Shown: in pieces, positions 19,422 through 35,846 of the stretch
How positions within the stretch are numbered: the first letter of the stretch is position 1
Layout of the letters: each line of letters begins with the position of its first letter
Notes under the pieces: generated by a model
The model's database searches: none
Told to the model about the DNA's origin: nothing
What the model saw: only the letters and a program-made list of their open reading frames with translations
Position numbers and translations under genes: made by a program
Assembly (NCBI GenBank): GCA_964478485.1
Contig: CAYZJE010000095.1
Coordinates: forward strand, 1-53,707
Origin: an uncultured Syntrophobacter sp.
GTDB lineage: Bacteria; Desulfobacterota; Binatia; UBA9968
DNA: 53,707 nt
Reading direction: 5' to 3'

Positions 19422-21514
19422 ACGTCATCATCCGACTTGCCATCGAACTTGGCGATAATTCCTTCAGCAACCGCCGCCGGAACCGGTTCATAATGGGAAA
19501 ACTGCATCGTGTAAGTCGCTCTGCCTTGGGACATGGAACGCAGGTCTGTGGAATATCCAAACATCTGCGCTAGGGGCACCCGAGCATCGATCGCCTGAGC
19601 CGCCGGGCGCGTGTCCATGCCCAACACCTTGCCGCGCCGGGAACTCAAATCGCCGATCACATCGCCCATAAAATCTTCCGGTACCACCACCTCGACCGAC
19701 ATGATCGGTTCGAGCAGCACCGGACTGGCCTTGCGCGCCGCTTGCTTGAAAGCCATCGAGCCGGCGATCTTGAAGGCAATTTCAGAAGAATCGACGTCGT
19801 GATAGCTGCCATCAAACAGGGTCACTTTAACGTCGACCATCGGATAACCGGCGATTACGCCGTTATCGGTGGCTTCCCTGATGCCTTTTTCGACGGCGGG
19901 AATATACTCCCGCGGAATCGACCCGCCCTTCACCGCATCGACAAACTCGAAGCCACCGCCCGGCTTGTTCGGTTCGAGCTTGATCCAAACATCGCCGTAC
20001 TGCCCACGGCCGCCGGTTTGGCGAATAAACTTACCCTGCTGCTCAACCAGCTTACGGACCGTCTCGCGGTAGGCAACTTGGGGCTTACCGACGTTGGCGC
20101 CGACGCTGAACTCGCGCAACAGACGATCGACGATGATCTCTAAGTGCAGCTCGCCCATGCCGGAGATGATGGTTTGACCGGTCTCTTCGTCGGTGCGAAC
20201 CTTAAAAGACGGATCTTCGGTGGCAAGCTTCTGCAAGGATAAACCGAGCTTCTCTTGATCGGCCTTGCTCTTCGGTTCGATGGCGATGGAGATGACCGGA
20301 TCGGGAAAATCAATCGACTCGAGCACAATCGGCTCATCTTCATCGCATAACGTATCGCCCGTGGTTGCGGTCCTGAGACCCACCGCGGCGGCGATATCGC
20401 CGGCGTAGACTTCTTTAATTTCTTCGCGCTTGTTGGCGTGCATCTTGAGCAAGCGGCCAACCCGTTCGCGCTTACTCTTGGTCGAATTATAAATGCTCGC
20501 GCCGGAAGCGAGGGAACCGGAATAGACCCGAAAAAAGCTCAGCGTGCCGACGAAAGGATCGGTCATGATCTTAAAAGCGAGAGCGGAGAACGGCGCGTCA
20601 TCGTTGGCCGGGCGCTCTTCAATCTTATCGGTCCCTGGCTCAACCCCTTTGATCGGTGGAATATCGACAGGCGACGGCAAGTAGTCCACCACTGCGTCAA
20701 GCATCGGCTGAACGCCCTTATTGCGAAACGCCGTACCGCAAACCACCGGCACGATCTTAAGAGACAAAGTCGCGCCGCGGATGCCCTTGCGCAACTCTGC
20801 CTCGGAGATCTCTTTGCCCTCGAGATATTTCTCCATGATCGCTTCGTCGCCATCAGCCGCCGCTTCTAATAATTTCTCGCGATACTCCTCGGCTTGATCC
20901 TTGAGATCGGCCGGGATTTCTTCCTCATGAAACTTCGCGCCCAGGCTTTCATCTTCCCACAGGACCGCTTTCATCGTGACCAGATCGACAATGCCGGAGA
21001 ACTTGTCTTCGGCGCCGATCGGCAACTGCATCACCACCGGCCGAGCGCCTAGCCGGTCCTGAATCATTTTAACGACGCGGAAGAAATCCGCGCCAAGCCG
21101 GTCCATCTTGTTGACAAAAGCCAAACGCGGCACTCGGTACTTATCCGCCTGGCGCCACACCGTTTCAGTCTGCGGTTCGACGCCGCCCACCGCGCAAAAC
21201 ACCGCCACCGCGCCGTCGAGCACGCGCAACGACCGTTCGACCTCGATGGTAAAATCGACGTGGCCGGGAGTGTCGATAATATTGACCCGATGATCGCGCC
21301 AGAAACAGGTGGTGGCGGCGGAGGTAATCGTAATGCCGCGCTCCTGTTCCTGGACCATCCAGTCCATGGTCGCGGTGCCGTCGTGAACCTCGCCAATCTT
21401 GTAGTTGATACCGGTATAATAAAGAACCCGCTCCGTAGTCGTAGTCTTGCCCGCATCGATGTGCGCCATGATCCCGATGTTGCGGGTCTTATCTAGTGGA
21501 GAAGTTCTTGCCAT
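19418..21514 (-). CDS. fusA: Elongation factor G
   Basis: 698 aa; G motifs [26 protein letters not shown]. Follows rpsG. Confidence 0.98.
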   Translation of the reverse strand: MARTSPLDKTRNIGIMAHIDAGKTTTTERVLYYTGINYKIGEVHDGTATMDWMVQEQERGITITSAATTCFWRDHRVNIIDTPGHVDFTIEVERSLRVLDGAVAVFCAVGGVEPQTETVWRQADKYRVPRLAFVNKMDRLGADFFRVVKMIQDRLGARPVVMQLPIGAEDKFSGIVDLVTMKAVLWEDESLGAKFHEEEIPADLKDQAEEYREKLLEAAADGDEAIMEKYLEGKEISEAELRKGIRGATLSLKIVPVVCGTAFRNKGVQPMLDAVVDYLPSPVDIPPIKGVEPGTDKIEERPANDDAPFSALAFKIMTDPFVGTLSFFRVYSGSLASGASIYNSTKSKRERVGRLLKMHANKREEIKEVYAGDIAAAVGLRTATTGDTLCDEDEPIVLESIDFPDPVISIAIEPKSKADQEKLGLSLQKLATEDPSFKVRTDEETGQTIISGMGELHLEIIVDRLLREFSVGANVGKPQVAYRETVRKLVEQQGKFIRQTGGRGQYGDVWIKLEPNKPGGGFEFVDAVKGGSIPREYIPAVEKGIREATDNGVIAGYPMVDVKVTLFDGSYHDVDSSEIAFKIAGSMAFKQAARKASPVLLEPIMSVEVVVPEDFMGDVIGDLSSRRGKVLGMDTRPAAQAIDARVPLAQMFGYSTDLRSMSQGRATYTMQFSHYEPVPAAVAEGIIAKFDGKSDDDV

Positions 21515-21526
21515 TTTTTCGGCGCC

Positions 21527-21558
21527 GGAAAAAAAGGAGGCGGTTCAACCGCCTCCTT
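21527..21558 (-). terminator. Intrinsic-terminator-like hairpin between rpsG and fusA
   Basis: Minus-sense AAGGAGGCGG-UUGAA-CCGCCUCCUU: a 10-bp stem (21534-21543 / 21549-21558) running into a 7-U tract (A-run 21529-21535 on +). It ends 14 nt before the fusA ATG. Confidence 0.55.
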
Positions 21559-21583
21559 ATCCAGCATAATTTACGCTGCCACG

Positions 21584-22060
<477 letters not shown>

Positions 22061-22432
22061 TTACTTCGGCCGTTTAGCCCCGTACTTGGAGCGGCTCTGT
22101 CGCCTTTCTTGTACTCCGATGGAATCCAAAGTGCCGCGCACGATGTGATAGCGCACGCCCGGCAGATCCTTGACACGACCGCCGCGAATCAACACCACGG
22201 AATGCTCCTGCAGATTATGGCCGACGCCGGGAATGTAGGAGGTCACTTCGATGCCGTTGGTCAACCGTACACGGGCCACCTTGCGGAGCGCCGAGTTCGG
22301 CTTTTTCGGCGTCGATGTATAGACGCGCGTACAAACGCCGCGCTTCTGCGGGCAACCCTGCAAAGCGGGCGCGGTGTTCTTGCGTCGCTGTTTTTCTCGG
22401 CTTTCGCGCACCAATTGATTAATCGTCGGCAT
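22061..22432 (-). CDS. rpsL: 30S ribosomal protein S12
   Basis: MPTINQLVR ... [19 protein letters not shown] is canonical S12. Confidence 0.98.
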   Translation of the reverse strand: MPTINQLVRESREKQRRKNTAPALQGCPQKRGVCTRVYTSTPKKPNSALRKVARVRLTNGIEVTSYIPGVGHNLQEHSVVLIRGGRVKDLPGVRYHIVRGTLDSIGVQERRQSRSKYGAKRPK

Positions 22433-22503
22433 ATTATCTCGTTCGCAATGTTTAAATGGATTCTGGGGAGGAGTCTCTAGTCAACTCCCCTGGGAAAATC
22501 CTT

Positions 22504-22532
22504 TAACTAACAAATAAACTCTCCGATGTCAA
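22504..22532 (-). promoter_or_regulatory. Candidate promoter upstream of rpsL
   Basis: Minus-sense TTGACA (22527-22532), 17-nt spacer ending in TGT (extended -10 style), then weak -10 TAGTTA (22504-22509). Starts 4 nt after the rpoC stop. Hexamer reading only. Confidence 0.3.
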
Positions 22533-22535
22533 AGC

Positions 22536-26663
<4,128 letters not shown>

Positions 26664-26709
26664 TTAAGGATCACCTCCGGTTAGAGCGCCATAGCCTCTC
26701 TGGGGTTAC

Positions 26710-29700
26710 CTACTTCTCCTCGACTAAATCGACGTCCAGGCATAAGCTTTGTAATTCCTTGACCATAACGTTGAACGACTCCGGTAGACCCGGTTCGAGC
26801 AAGTTCTCGCCTTTGACGATCGCCTCATACATGCGCGTACGGCCCACCACATCGTCCGATTTCACGGTCAACATTTCTTGCAGTGTGTAAGCGGCGCCAT
26901 AGGCCTCCAACGCCCAGACTTCCATTTCACCCAAGCGCTGGCCACCAAATTGCGCCTTGCCGCCCAAAGGCTGCTGGGTGACGAGGGAATACGGACCGGT
27001 GGAGCGTGCGTGAATCTTATCGTCGACCAGGTGATGCAGTTTCATGATATACATAACGCCGACGGTCACCTTGCCATCGAAGGGCTCACCGGTACGGCCA
27101 TCATAGAGCGTCACCTGCCCACTCGCTGGCAAACCGGCCTTCTTGAGCAAGTCAAAAATCTCCTCTTCGGCCGCGCCATCGAAGACCGGCGAAGCGATTC
27201 GCACGCCGTCGCGGTATTTATCCGCGAGCTTTAAAATTTCCGCGTCTTTGGCGCCGTCGATCAGCTCATTGGCTTCCCGGGAGTTTAAATAATCCTTAAG
27301 CCGGCGCCGCACGACATCGCTGTCATTGCGATGGGTGCGTAGCAGCGCATCGAGCTGGTGGCCAAGCCTCAGCGCCGCCCAACCTAAATGGGCCTCAAGG
27401 ATTTGGCCGACGTTCATGCGCGACGGGACACCGAGCGGATTCAAAACTACGTCCACCGGCGTGCCGTCTTCCAAATAGGGCATGTCCTCTTCGGGGAGAA
27501 TCCGCGAGATGACCCCCTTGTTGCCGTGACGGCCAGCCATCTTGTCGCCAACCTGCAGCTTGCGTTTGATTGCGACGAAGGTCTTGACCATCTTGATCAC
27601 ACCTGGAGGAAGTTCGTCGCCGCCCCTTAGCTTTTCGATCTTGTCCTCAAAGGCATGCTTGATCAGGTTGACTTGGCTGGTCGTGCTCTCGATGATGCGC
27701 TGGAGCTCGTTTTCCACCGACTCGTTATCGACCCGGATCTCGCTCCAATAAGACATCGGCAGCTGATCGAGATCGTCTTCGGTCAACTCCTGACCTTTGT
27801 TGAACAACACCTTGCGGCTGTCGTCGCTGATGCGGCTCGCCAAGCGCCGTCCAGCGAGCAGCTTTTTCAGCCGGCGCAGCGCACCTTCTTGGAGAATTCG
27901 TACTTCGTCATGCTGGTCTTTTCTGAGCCGCGTGACCTCTTCGTCTTCAATGAACTTGCTGCGCTCGTCCTTGCCCAAGCCTTTGCGCGAGAAGATGCGC
28001 ACGTTAATGACCGTGCCTTCGACGCCCGGCGGTACCCGCAACGAGGTGTCCCGCACTTCGCCCGCCTTCTCGCCAAAGATCGCCCGCAAGAGCTTTTCTT
28101 CGGGAGACAGTTGGGTTTCACCCTTCGGCGTGATCTTGCCGACGAGAATATTGCCGGGCTTCACTTCCGCGCCAATGCGGATGATGCCGCTCTCGTCGAG
28201 ATCGGTGAGCGCTTCATCGCCGACGTTGGGAATATCGCGGGTGATTTCCTCTGGGCCGAGCTTGGTGTCGCGCGACACGCATTCGAACTCTTCGATGTGG
28301 ATCGAAGTGAAAATATCCTCTTTAACGACGCGCTCGCTGATCAGAATCGAGTCTTCAAAGTTGTAGCCACCCCAAGGCATCAGCGCAACCACGACGTTGC
28401 GGCCGAGCGCCAATTCGCCCATCTCCGTCGATGGACCGTCGGCAATGACATCGCCGGCCTTCACCTGATCACCGACGACGACAATCGGACGCTGATTGAT
28501 GCAGGTGTTCTGATTCGAGCGCTGGTACTTGACCAAATTGTAGATATCGACGCCGGTATCGCGCGGCCCGGAGCTTTTATCGGCCTTGACAACGATGCGC
28601 GTCGAGTCGACGCTTTCGACCACGCCGTCGCGGCGCGTGACAATCGTTACGCCGGAATCGCGCGCCACGGTCTTTTCCATGCCGGTGCCGACAAAGGGCG
28701 CCTCGGTGCGCAGCAGCGGCACCGCTTGACGCTGCATGTTGGAGCCCATCAAAGCGCGGTTGGCGTCATCGTTTTCGAGGAAGGGAATCAAAGATGCTGC
28801 CACACTCACGAGTTGGTTCGGCGACACGTCCATGAAGTTAACTTCTTCGGGGCGCGCCATGATGAACTCGCCGCCTTTGCGCGACGAAACGAGGTCGATG
28901 TCAAAGTGACCGCGGCTATCGATCGGCGCGTTGGCCTGGGCGATCACATGGTCTTCCTCCTCTAAGGCGGAAAGATAGCGAATACGGTCGGACACCCGGC
29001 CGTTGTCGACTTCACGGTAGGGCGTTTCGATGAAGCCGAAATCGTTGACCCGCGCGTAGGTTGTCAGCGACGCGATCAAACCGATGTTCGGCCCTTCCGG
29101 AGTTTCAATCGGACAAACCCGGCCATAATGGGTCGGGTGCACGTCGCGCACTTCAAAACCGGCGCGCTCGCGGGTCAAACCGCCTGGGCCAAGGGCCGAT
29201 AGGCGCCGCTTGTGCGTGATCTCCGAAAGCGGATTGGTCTGATCCATGAACTGCGACAGCTGACTGGAGCCGAAGAATTCCTTGAGCGCCGCGGAAACCG
29301 GCTTGTAGTTGATCAGCTCCTGGGGCATCAAGGTTTCGATGTCCTGCAGACTCATCTTTTCCTTGATCGCCCGCTCCATGCGCACCAAGCCGACGCGAAA
29401 ATGATTTTCCACCAGCTCGCCGACGGCACGCACCCGGCGGTTGCCGAGATGGTCGATGTCATCCACCGAGCCATTGCCATTCTTAAGCTCCATCAGGTAG
29501 CGCACCACTTCGAGAATGTCTTCCTTGCGCAGCGTCCCCTGCTCCAACGGCACGCTGAGCTTTAGCCGATGGTTGAGTTTCAAGCGGCCGACTTTGGACA
29601 GATCGTAGCGGTCCGGATTAAAAAATAAATTGTTGAAAAAATTGGTCGCCGATTCGACCGTCGGCGGATCCCCTGGACGCAAGCGGCGGTAGATCTCCAT

Positions 29701-30813
29701 GATCGCATCCTGGGGGGATTTAATGCGGTCCTGAAGCAGCGTGTTGCGCAAATACGGGCCGACGCTGGAATCATCGATGAACAACACTTCGATCTGATGA
29801 ATCCCCTTGTCGCGAATCAAATCGAGCTTATCCTGAGTGATCTCATGGTTGCACTCGACCAGCACCTCTTTAGTTTGCCCATCGATGATGTCGTGCGAGG
29901 CGACCCGGCCGAGAATCTCTTCGAACGTTATCGGCACGTTTTTCACTCGGGCCGTTTCCATTTGACGCAGCACCGGCCGAGTGAATTTTTTGCCTTCCTT
30001 GACGATGATGTCATTGGACTTGGGATCGCGCACGTCGGCGCTCACCTTGGCGCCAAGCAAATGATTGGGGTTAAACACCAGCGCCGGCTTGCGGCCGTCA
30101 AAGACGATCGTGTCGCTCCGGTAATAATAGTTGAGCAGATCTTCCGAGGTCATGCCCAAGGCGCGCAACAACACCGTGGCGTGGAACTTCCGCCGCCGGT
30201 CGATGCGCACGTAAATAATATCGCGGGGATCGAACTCGAGATCCACCCACGAGCCGCGATAGGGAATCACCCTGGCCGAATAGAGCAGCTTGCCGCTCGC
30301 GTGGGTTTTACCCTTGTCATGCTCGAAGAAAACCCCCGGCGAACGGTGCAACTGGCTGACAATGACCCGCTCGGTACCGTTCACCATGAACGTCCCGTTG
30401 ACTGTCATGAGCGGAATTTCGCCGAAATAAACTTCCTGCTCCTTGACGTTCTTGATGCTGCGCGAGCCGGTTTGCTGATCGACATCCCAGAGCACCAATT
30501 GCACGGTGACTTTCAACGGTGCGGCGAAAGTCATGCCGCGCTGATGACACTCCTCGACATCGTACTTGGGTTCGCCGAGCGAAAAACTGACAAACTCCAA
30601 GGATGCGGTTTCGTTAAAATCCTTGATGGGAAAAACCGATTTGAACACTTCCTGCAGGCCCATATTCTGCCGTTCCGTCGGCGTGGCATCTTTTTGCAGG
30701 AACAGATTGTAAGAGTTCTTTTGGATTTCAATTAAATAGGGAAGATCGATGATCTTTCTGATCCTCCCGAAACTGCGCCGAAAGCGTAGGTTATTGGCGA
30801 CTTGAAATGCCAT
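26710..30813 (-). CDS. rpoB: DNA-directed RNA polymerase subunit beta
   Basis: 1367 aa; [17 protein letters not shown] and other canonical beta-subunit segments. Confidence 0.99.
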   Translation of the reverse strand: MAFQVANNLRFRRSFGRIRKIIDLPYLIEIQKNSYNLFLQKDATPTERQNMGLQEVFKSVFPIKDFNETASLEFVSFSLGEPKYDVEECHQRGMTFAAPLKVTVQLVLWDVDQQTGSRSIKNVKEQEVYFGEIPLMTVNGTFMVNGTERVIVSQLHRSPGVFFEHDKGKTHASGKLLYSARVIPYRGSWVDLEFDPRDIIYVRIDRRRKFHATVLLRALGMTSEDLLNYYYRSDTIVFDGRKPALVFNPNHLLGAKVSADVRDPKSNDIIVKEGKKFTRPVLRQMETARVKNVPITFEEILGRVASHDIIDGQTKEVLVECNHEITQDKLDLIRDKGIHQIEVLFIDDSSVGPYLRNTLLQDRIKSPQDAIMEIYRRLRPGDPPTVESATNFFNNLFFNPDRYDLSKVGRLKLNHRLKLSVPLEQGTLRKEDILEVVRYLMELKNGNGSVDDIDHLGNRRVRAVGELVENHFRVGLVRMERAIKEKMSLQDIETLMPQELINYKPVSAALKEFFGSSQLSQFMDQTNPLSEITHKRRLSALGPGGLTRERAGFEVRDVHPTHYGRVCPIETPEGPNIGLIASLTTYARVNDFGFIETPYREVDNGRVSDRIRYLSALEEEDHVIAQANAPIDSRGHFDIDLVSSRKGGEFIMARPEEVNFMDVSPNQLVSVAASLIPFLENDDANRALMGSNMQRQAVPLLRTEAPFVGTGMEKTVARDSGVTIVTRRDGVVESVDSTRIVVKADKSSGPRDTGVDIYNLVKYQRSNQNTCINQRPIVVVGDQVKAGDVIADGPSTEMGELALGRNVVVALMPWGGYNFEDSILISERVVKEDIFTSIHIEEFECVSRDTKLGPEEITRDIPNVGDEALTDLDESGIIRIGAEVKPGNILVGKITPKGETQLSPEEKLLRAIFGEKAGEVRDTSLRVPPGVEGTVINVRIFSRKGLGKDERSKFIEDEEVTRLRKDQHDEVRILQEGALRRLKKLLAGRRLASRISDDSRKVLFNKGQELTEDDLDQLPMSYWSEIRVDNESVENELQRIIESTTSQVNLIKHAFEDKIEKLRGGDELPPGVIKMVKTFVAIKRKLQVGDKMAGRHGNKGVISRILPEEDMPYLEDGTPVDVVLNPLGVPSRMNVGQILEAHLGWAALRLGHQLDALLRTHRNDSDVVRRRLKDYLNSREANELIDGAKDAEILKLADKYRDGVRIASPVFDGAAEEEIFDLLKKAGLPASGQVTLYDGRTGEPFDGKVTVGVMYIMKLHHLVDDKIHARSTGPYSLVTQQPLGGKAQFGGQRLGEMEVWALEAYGAAYTLQEMLTVKSDDVVGRTRMYEAIVKGENLLEPGLPESFNVMVKELQSLCLDVDLVEEK

Positions 30814-30898
30814 GCGTTCTCCTCTCTCGAACTAGCGGTTGACAATCCGTCATTTAAAACTCAACGAAAATTCAACGGGAAGCACCACCGCGAGAGAC

Positions 30899-31276
30899 TT
30901 ACTTGATTTCCACCTTGGCGCCCTGCTCTTCGAGTTTCTTCTTGATTGTCTCGGCTTCCGCTTTGGGCACGGCTTCTTTCACCGGCTTGGGCGCGCCATC
31001 GACGAGATCCTTGGCCTCCTTCAAACCTAGGCCAGTGAGCTCGCGAACGACCTTAATCACCTGGATCTTCTTCTCGCCCACTTCGGCGAGAATGACGTTG
31101 AACTCGGTCTTTTCCTCCGCCGCTGCCGCCGCCGGCCCAGCCGCGGCCGCCACGGCAACCGGAGCCGCGGCGCTGACGCCCAACTCTTCCTCGAGCTCTT
31201 TGACCAGAGCCGCCGCATCCATCAAGGTCATGTTCTTGATGTAATCCTTAACCTGTTCTTTCGATACGCCTTCCAT
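30899..31276 (-). CDS. rplL: 50S ribosomal protein L7/L12
   Basis: 125 aa; Ala-rich hinge then [32 protein letters not shown]. Confidence 0.98.
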   Translation of the reverse strand: MEGVSKEQVKDYIKNMTLMDAAALVKELEEELGVSAAAPVAVAAAAGPAAAAAEEKTEFNVILAEVGEKKIQVIKVVRELTGLGLKEAKDLVDGAPKPVKEAVPKAEAETIKKKLEEQGAKVEIK

Positions 31277-31314
31277 AACTTTCCCCCTTTGATTGATTCC
31301 GTGAATGCTATTTT

Positions 31315-31857
31315 TTACTCGCCTTTGGTTTTTCGTAACGATTCGAGCAGCCGAACCATTTGCGCACCCGGCTCCTGGATGGTTCTGAGCAGTTGGGTCG
31401 CCGGCGCGTTGATCATCGCCAGGAACTTCGCTTGCAATTCCGGCTTGCTCGGCATCTGCGATAACACCTTGACCCCGGCGCGATCCATGAGGCGGCCTTC
31501 AAACATGCCGCCTTTAATCGCAAGCTTGTCGTTACCGTCGGCGAATTTGATCAAGGTCTTCGACAACGCGACCGGATCGTCGTAGGCGAACACCCAACCG
31601 TTGGGCCCCTCGAGCAACTTTTCGAGATCGCCAAACGCGGTGTCCTTGAGCGCCCGGCGCACCAAGGTGTTTTTGATCACCTGATACTCGCCCGAGGCGC
31701 CGCGGATTTCGCGCCGCAGGTTGGTCATCTGCGCCACCGACAGCCCGCGGTACTCCGTAACGATCGCCATCTTGGCCGATTTTAACAGCTGATGAACCGC
31801 CGCCACGGTTTGCGCTTTTTCACCGTGGCTGGCTCGGACAACTTGCACTTCCGACAT
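31315..31857 (-). CDS. rplJ: 50S ribosomal protein L10
   Basis: 180 aa; position between rplA and rplL; L10-like [22 protein letters not shown]. Confidence 0.96.
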   Translation of the reverse strand: MSEVQVVRASHGEKAQTVAAVHQLLKSAKMAIVTEYRGLSVAQMTNLRREIRGASGEYQVIKNTLVRRALKDTAFGDLEKLLEGPNGWVFAYDDPVALSKTLIKFADGNDKLAIKGGMFEGRLMDRAGVKVLSQMPSKPELQAKFLAMINAPATQLLRTIQEPGAQMVRLLESLRKTKGE

Positions 31858-31917
31858 GCTTAACTCCCTGACTCCGATACGCTTGGTTTAAGATTCTAGT
31901 ATTGAATCCTGATAGTT

Positions 31918-32622
31918 CTACGCCGCCATGGCGCGAATCTGCGCCAGGTCGATTTTGATGCCCGGTCCCATGGTCGTGGCAACCGTCACCCCTCTGACAT
32001 AGTTGCCTTTCGCGGACGCCGGCTTGGCTCGCAATATCGACATGAGCACCGCTTTAGCGTTGTCGATGAGCTGCTCGGCGCCAAACGACGCCTTGCCCAC
32101 CGGCACGTGGACGATCCCGGCCTTGTCGACGCGGAATTCCAACTTGCCGGCCTTGATTTCTTTGATCGCCTTGCCGATGTCCATCGACACGGTGCCGGTT
32201 TTTGGATTTGGCATGAGCCCCCGCGGACCCAGCACTTTGCCGATTCGGCCAACGGCCGCCATCATGTCCGGGGTTGCGACCGCTTTGTCAAAATCGAACC
32301 AGCCCTCGCTGATCTTCTTGATCAACTCATCGCTGCCGACAAAATCCGCCCCGGCATCCTGCGCCTCTTTTTCTTTATCGCCCTTGGCAAAGGCCAACAC
32401 CCGCACGATCTTACCCATGCCGTGCGGCAAGCTCACGGTTCCGCGGATATTTTGGTCGGCCTGGCGCGGATCGACGCCCAGGCGGATCGCCAGTTCGACT
32501 GTTTCATCGAACTTGGCGCGGGCGGTCTCTTTGGCCAAGCGCAGGCTGTCCTCCAGCTGGTAGCGTTGATTGCGGTCGACTTTTGCCATCGCGGCACGAA
32601 AGGTTTTTCCGTTTCCACTCAT
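31918..32622 (-). CDS. rplA: 50S ribosomal protein L1
   Basis: 234 aa; [31 protein letters not shown] is the canonical L1 motif. Confidence 0.97.
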   Translation of the reverse strand: MSGNGKTFRAAMAKVDRNQRYQLEDSLRLAKETARAKFDETVELAIRLGVDPRQADQNIRGTVSLPHGMGKIVRVLAFAKGDKEKEAQDAGADFVGSDELIKKISEGWFDFDKAVATPDMMAAVGRIGKVLGPRGLMPNPKTGTVSMDIGKAIKEIKAGKLEFRVDKAGIVHVPVGKASFGAEQLIDNAKAVLMSILRAKPASAKGNYVRGVTVATTMGPGIKIDLAQIRAMAA

Positions 32623-32687
32623 GACTTTCCTCTATGCAGAAAATGATCGTAACTTATCGTCTCGGCGCTGAACTCGCGGGGGAAAAA

Positions 32688-33113
32688 CTATCCTTCCACG
32701 TCCAAACCCAAACTGCGCGCGGTGCCCTCGACCGATTTTTCCGCCGCGGCGATATCCTTGGCGGTCAAATCCTTAAACTTCAATTCGGCGATCTGTCGAA
32801 CTTGAGCACGGGTCACTTTGCCGACCTTGGTTTTTCCCGGTTCCGAGGAGCCCTTCTCGATCCCCGCGGCCTTTTTCAACAACACCGAAGCCGGCGGAGT
32901 CTTGGTCACGAAGCTGAACGATCGGTCGGCGTAAACCGTGATGATAACCGGCGTAATCATGCCCATCTGCGCTTGGGTCGCGGCGTTGAACGATTTGCAA
33001 AACTCCATGATGTTGACGCCGCGCTGGCCGAGCGCCGGACCCACCGGCGGACTCGGGTTGGCTTGCCCTGCAGGAATCTGCAGCTTGATTTCACCGATTA
33101 CTTTCTTAGCCAT
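32688..33113 (-). CDS. rplK: 50S ribosomal protein L11
   Basis: [40 protein letters not shown] is canonical L11. Start at ATG 33113; the track ORF carries a 21-codon upstream extension. Confidence 0.97.
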   Translation of the reverse strand: MAKKVIGEIKLQIPAGQANPSPPVGPALGQRGVNIMEFCKSFNAATQAQMGMITPVIITVYADRSFSFVTKTPPASVLLKKAAGIEKGSSEPGKTKVGKVTRAQVRQIAELKFKDLTAKDIAAAEKSVEGTARSLGLDVEG

Positions 33114-33196
33114 TGACTTCGATCCTTCTATTCTGAACGCGGCCGCTTGCGAGAGGGATGTTGTCAGCGCCCTCAACCGTTAACGTCACTCAACAA

Positions 33197-33727
33197 TTAG
33201 TTCCGTTCGACCTGTACGAACTCGAGCTCGACCGGCGTCGCTCGGCCAAAAATACTGATCAACACCCTGAGCTTGCCCTTTTCAGGCTTAACTTCTTCAA
33301 CCACCCCGTTGAAATCGGCGAACGGCCCATCGACGACCTTGACATTCTCGCCGACAGAGAAAAGCACCCGCGGCTTGGGCTTGATCGCGCCCTCCTCCAT
33401 CTGCAACGTGATCGCGCGCACTTCTTCGTCGCTTATCGGCGGCGGATTGGTGCTGCCGCCGACAAAGCCGGTGACCTTGGGAGTCTCCTTGACCACATGC
33501 CAAGTGTCATCGTTCAATTCCATCTGGACGAGGATATAGCCGGGGAAGAACTTCCGCGAAGAAGTCTTCTTCTTGCCCTTGACCAGTTCCACGACCTTTT
33601 CCACGGGTACGAGGATCTCGGCGAAATAGTCCTGCTTACCGAGCGAGCGAATGCGCTCCTCGAGAGCCGCCTTCGCTTTCTGCTCGTAACCTGAAAAGGT
33701 GTGTACGATGTACCATTGTTTAGCCAT
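33197..33727 (-). CDS. nusG: Transcription termination/antitermination factor NusG
   Basis: MAKQWYIVHTFSGYEQKAK NGN domain and KOW motif GENVKVVDGPFADFNGVVEEV. Confidence 0.97.
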   Translation of the reverse strand: MAKQWYIVHTFSGYEQKAKAALEERIRSLGKQDYFAEILVPVEKVVELVKGKKKTSSRKFFPGYILVQMELNDDTWHVVKETPKVTGFVGGSTNPPPISDEEVRAITLQMEEGAIKPKPRVLFSVGENVKVVDGPFADFNGVVEEVKPEKGKLRVLISIFGRATPVELEFVQVERN

Positions 33728-33745
33728 AACCGAACACCTTCGCGA

Positions 33746-33961
33746 TCAGCCGAGCACGGCCTGAATGGCTTTCGTCAGAACGAAATCGACGCCGGCCAAA
33801 TAGATCGACACCAAGACCACGACAATAATAACCACTCCCGTCGCGGCGTAGGTTTCCTTCCGCGACGGCCAATAGACTTTTTTCAGCTCCTGCCAAGACT
33901 CCTCGATGAACTCGGTCAAATGCCGAACGCCATCCTGGAGTTTTTGAATCCAATCCCCCAT
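33746..33961 (-). CDS. secE: Preprotein translocase subunit SecE
   Basis: 71 aa, single C-terminal TM segment (ATGVVIIVVVLVSIYLAGVDFVL) after EESWQELKKVYWPSRKE. Lies between tRNA-Trp and nusG. ATG 33961; the track extension runs into the tRNA. Confidence 0.9.
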   Translation of the reverse strand: MGDWIQKLQDGVRHLTEFIEESWQELKKVYWPSRKETYAATGVVIIVVVLVSIYLAGVDFVLTKAIQAVLG

Positions 33962-33982
33962 GGGGCCCCCACTCAAGTGCGA

Positions 33983-34059
33983 TGGCGGGTCAGGCAGGAC
34001 TCGAACCTGCAACAACCGGATTTGGAGTCCGGCGCTCTACCAATTGGAGCTACTGACCC
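33983..34059 (-). tRNA. tRNA-Trp (anticodon CCA)
   Basis: Manual cloverleaf: GGGTCAG-TA-GCTC..GAGC-G-CCGGA-CTCCAAA-TCCGG-TTGTT-GCAGG-TTCGAGT-CCTGC-CTGACCC-G-CCA. Confidence 0.93.
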
Positions 34060-34072
34060 CCCTCTACCTCCG

Positions 34073-34225
34073 CTACACTTTTACCTCGCGATGGAGAGTG
34101 TGGGATCGACAAGCCGCACAAAATTTCTTGAGCGAAAGTTTCTCTGTAGTTGTCTTCCGATTTTTTGTCGTCGTGTAGTTTTTCCGCTTGCATTTATCAC
34201 AAGCAAATCCTACCAGTTCCCGCAT
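34073..34225 (-). CDS. rpmG: 50S ribosomal protein L33 (zinc-binding form)
   Basis: Not in the ORF track (50 aa). Manual translation from ATG 34225: MRELVGFACDKCKRKNYTTTKNRKTTTEKLSLKKFCAACRSHTLHREVKV, stop TAG at 34073-34075. Lies between tuf and tRNA-Trp. Confidence 0.92.
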   Translation of the reverse strand: MRELVGFACDKCKRKNYTTTKNRKTTTEKLSLKKFCAACRSHTLHREVKV

Positions 34226-34249
34226 GGTCAGAACCTCCCTCGCGTCGTA

Positions 34250-35440
34250 CTACTGAATAATCTTAGTGACGACTCCCGCGCCTACGGTCCGGCCGCCTTC
34301 GCGGATCGCGAACTTCAAGCCGTCATCCATGGCAACCGGCGTGATGAGTTCGATCTCGACGTTGATGTTGTCCCCGGGCATAATCATCTCCGTGCCTTCT
34401 GGGAGTTTCACGATGCCAGTCACGTCGGTGGTTCGGAAATAAAACTGCGGCCGGTAACCGTTAAAGAATGGGGTGTGCCGCCCGCCTTCCTCCTTGGTGA
34501 GAACATAGGCCTCAGCATTAAATTTCGTGTGCGGAGTAATGCTTCCTGGTTTCGCTAAAACCTGTCCCCGTTCCACTTCCTCGCGCTTCGTTCCTCGGAG
34601 CAGAACACCGATATTGTCGCCGGCTCGCCCTTCATCCAAAAGTTTGCGGAACATCTCAACACCTGTCGCTACGGTCTTCTGGGTTGCCTTGAAGCCGACA
34701 ATCTCTATTTCTTCGCCAACCTTAACAATTCCCCGCTCAACTCGCCCGGTAACGACTGTGCCACGACCACTGATAGTAAAGACGTCTTCGACCGGCATAA
34801 TGAAAGGCCTGTCGACATCTCGAACCGGCTCCTTCACGAAGGAGTCCACAGCGTCCAAAAGCTTCAAGATGGCGCCTTCGCCCATTTCAGAAGTATCGCC
34901 CTCCAATGCCTTTAGCGCACTGCCGATAACGACCGGCGTGTCATCGCCTGGAAATTTATACTTGGAGAGCAGCTCGCGCACCTCCAACTCGACAAGCTCC
35001 AAAAGCTCCTTATCGTCGACCATGTCCGCTTTGTTGAGAAAAACAACGATAGCCGGAACTCCGACCTGGCGCGCCAACAGGATATGCTCCCGCGTTTGCG
35101 GCATGGGTCCGTCAGCGGCAGAGACGACTAGAATCGCTCCATCCATCTGCGCGGCTCCGGTGATCATGTTTTTAATGTAATCGGCGTGGCCGGGACAGTC
35201 GACGTGAGCGTAATGGCGTTTGTCGGTCTCGTATTCGACGTGAGCGATGTTAATTGTGACGCCGCGTTCTCTTTCTTCCGGCGCCTTATCGATCTGATCG
35301 TAGGCCAGGAACGTGGCTTTCCCGGTCTTGGCCAATACCTTGGTGATCGCCGCGGTCAAGGTAGTCTTGCCATGGTCGACGTGCCCGATCGTACCGATAT
35401 TGAGGTGCGGTTTTTTACGCTCGAACTTCTGTTTGCTCAT
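34250..35440 (-). CDS. tuf: Elongation factor Tu
   Basis: 396 aa; [24 protein letters not shown]; strong SD GAGGAGGGTGAG before the ATG. Confidence 0.99.
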   Translation of the reverse strand: MSKQKFERKKPHLNIGTIGHVDHGKTTLTAAITKVLAKTGKATFLAYDQIDKAPEERERGVTINIAHVEYETDKRHYAHVDCPGHADYIKNMITGAAQMDGAILVVSAADGPMPQTREHILLARQVGVPAIVVFLNKADMVDDKELLELVELEVRELLSKYKFPGDDTPVVIGSALKALEGDTSEMGEGAILKLLDAVDSFVKEPVRDVDRPFIMPVEDVFTISGRGTVVTGRVERGIVKVGEEIEIVGFKATQKTVATGVEMFRKLLDEGRAGDNIGVLLRGTKREEVERGQVLAKPGSITPHTKFNAEAYVLTKEEGGRHTPFFNGYRPQFYFRTTDVTGIVKLPEGTEMIMPGDNINVEIELITPVAMDDGLKFAIREGGRTVGAGVVTKIIQ

Positions 35441-35517
35441 CTCACCCTCCTCTAAATAATTTGCCAGCTACTTTGTAAATCGAAAACTCATCCCCAACTG
35501 ATGCATCGACTGGGCAA

Positions 35518-35590
35518 AGCCCAGGAGCGGGATCGAACCGCTGACCTCGTCCTTACCAAGGACGTGCTCTACCGACTGAGCTACCTGGGC
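35518..35590 (-). tRNA. tRNA-Thr (anticodon GGT), CCA not encoded
   Basis: GCCCAGG-TA-GCTC..GAGC-A-CGTCC-TTGGTAA-GGACG-AGGTC-AGCGG-TTCGATC-CCGCT-CCTGGGC-T, followed by TTG rather than CCA. Confidence 0.92.
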
Positions 35591-35680
35591 ATATCAGTCG
35601 ATGACCTCTAGCATTTGGCTGATTGCTCCCCTCAGAGCCGCCCGAGGCCAAGTGCTATGTGCCATCAGCCATGCGCAAAA

Positions 35681-35756
35681 TGGAGCGGGAAACGGGACTC
35701 GAACCCGCGACCCCAAGCTTGGAAGGCTTGCGCTCTACCAACTGAGCTATTCCCGC
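35681..35756 (-). tRNA. tRNA-Gly (anticodon TCC)
   Basis: GCGGGAA-TA-GCTC..GAGC-G-CAAGC-CTTCCAA-GCTTG-GGGTC-GCGGG-TTCGAGT-CCCGT-TTCCCGC-T-CCA. Confidence 0.93.
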
Positions 35757-35761
35757 AAAAT

Positions 35762-35846
<85 letters not shown>

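Noticed and set aside
33114-33176. N-terminal extensions in the track for rplK, secE (33962-34015), rplM (40345-40389), clpX (44647-44697), rplC, tig, rlmB and yggT
   Set aside because: The track takes the most upstream ATG/GTG/TTG. In each case a downstream ATG reproduces the canonical family N-terminus, and the extension runs into a tRNA gene, a neighbouring gene or a spacer.
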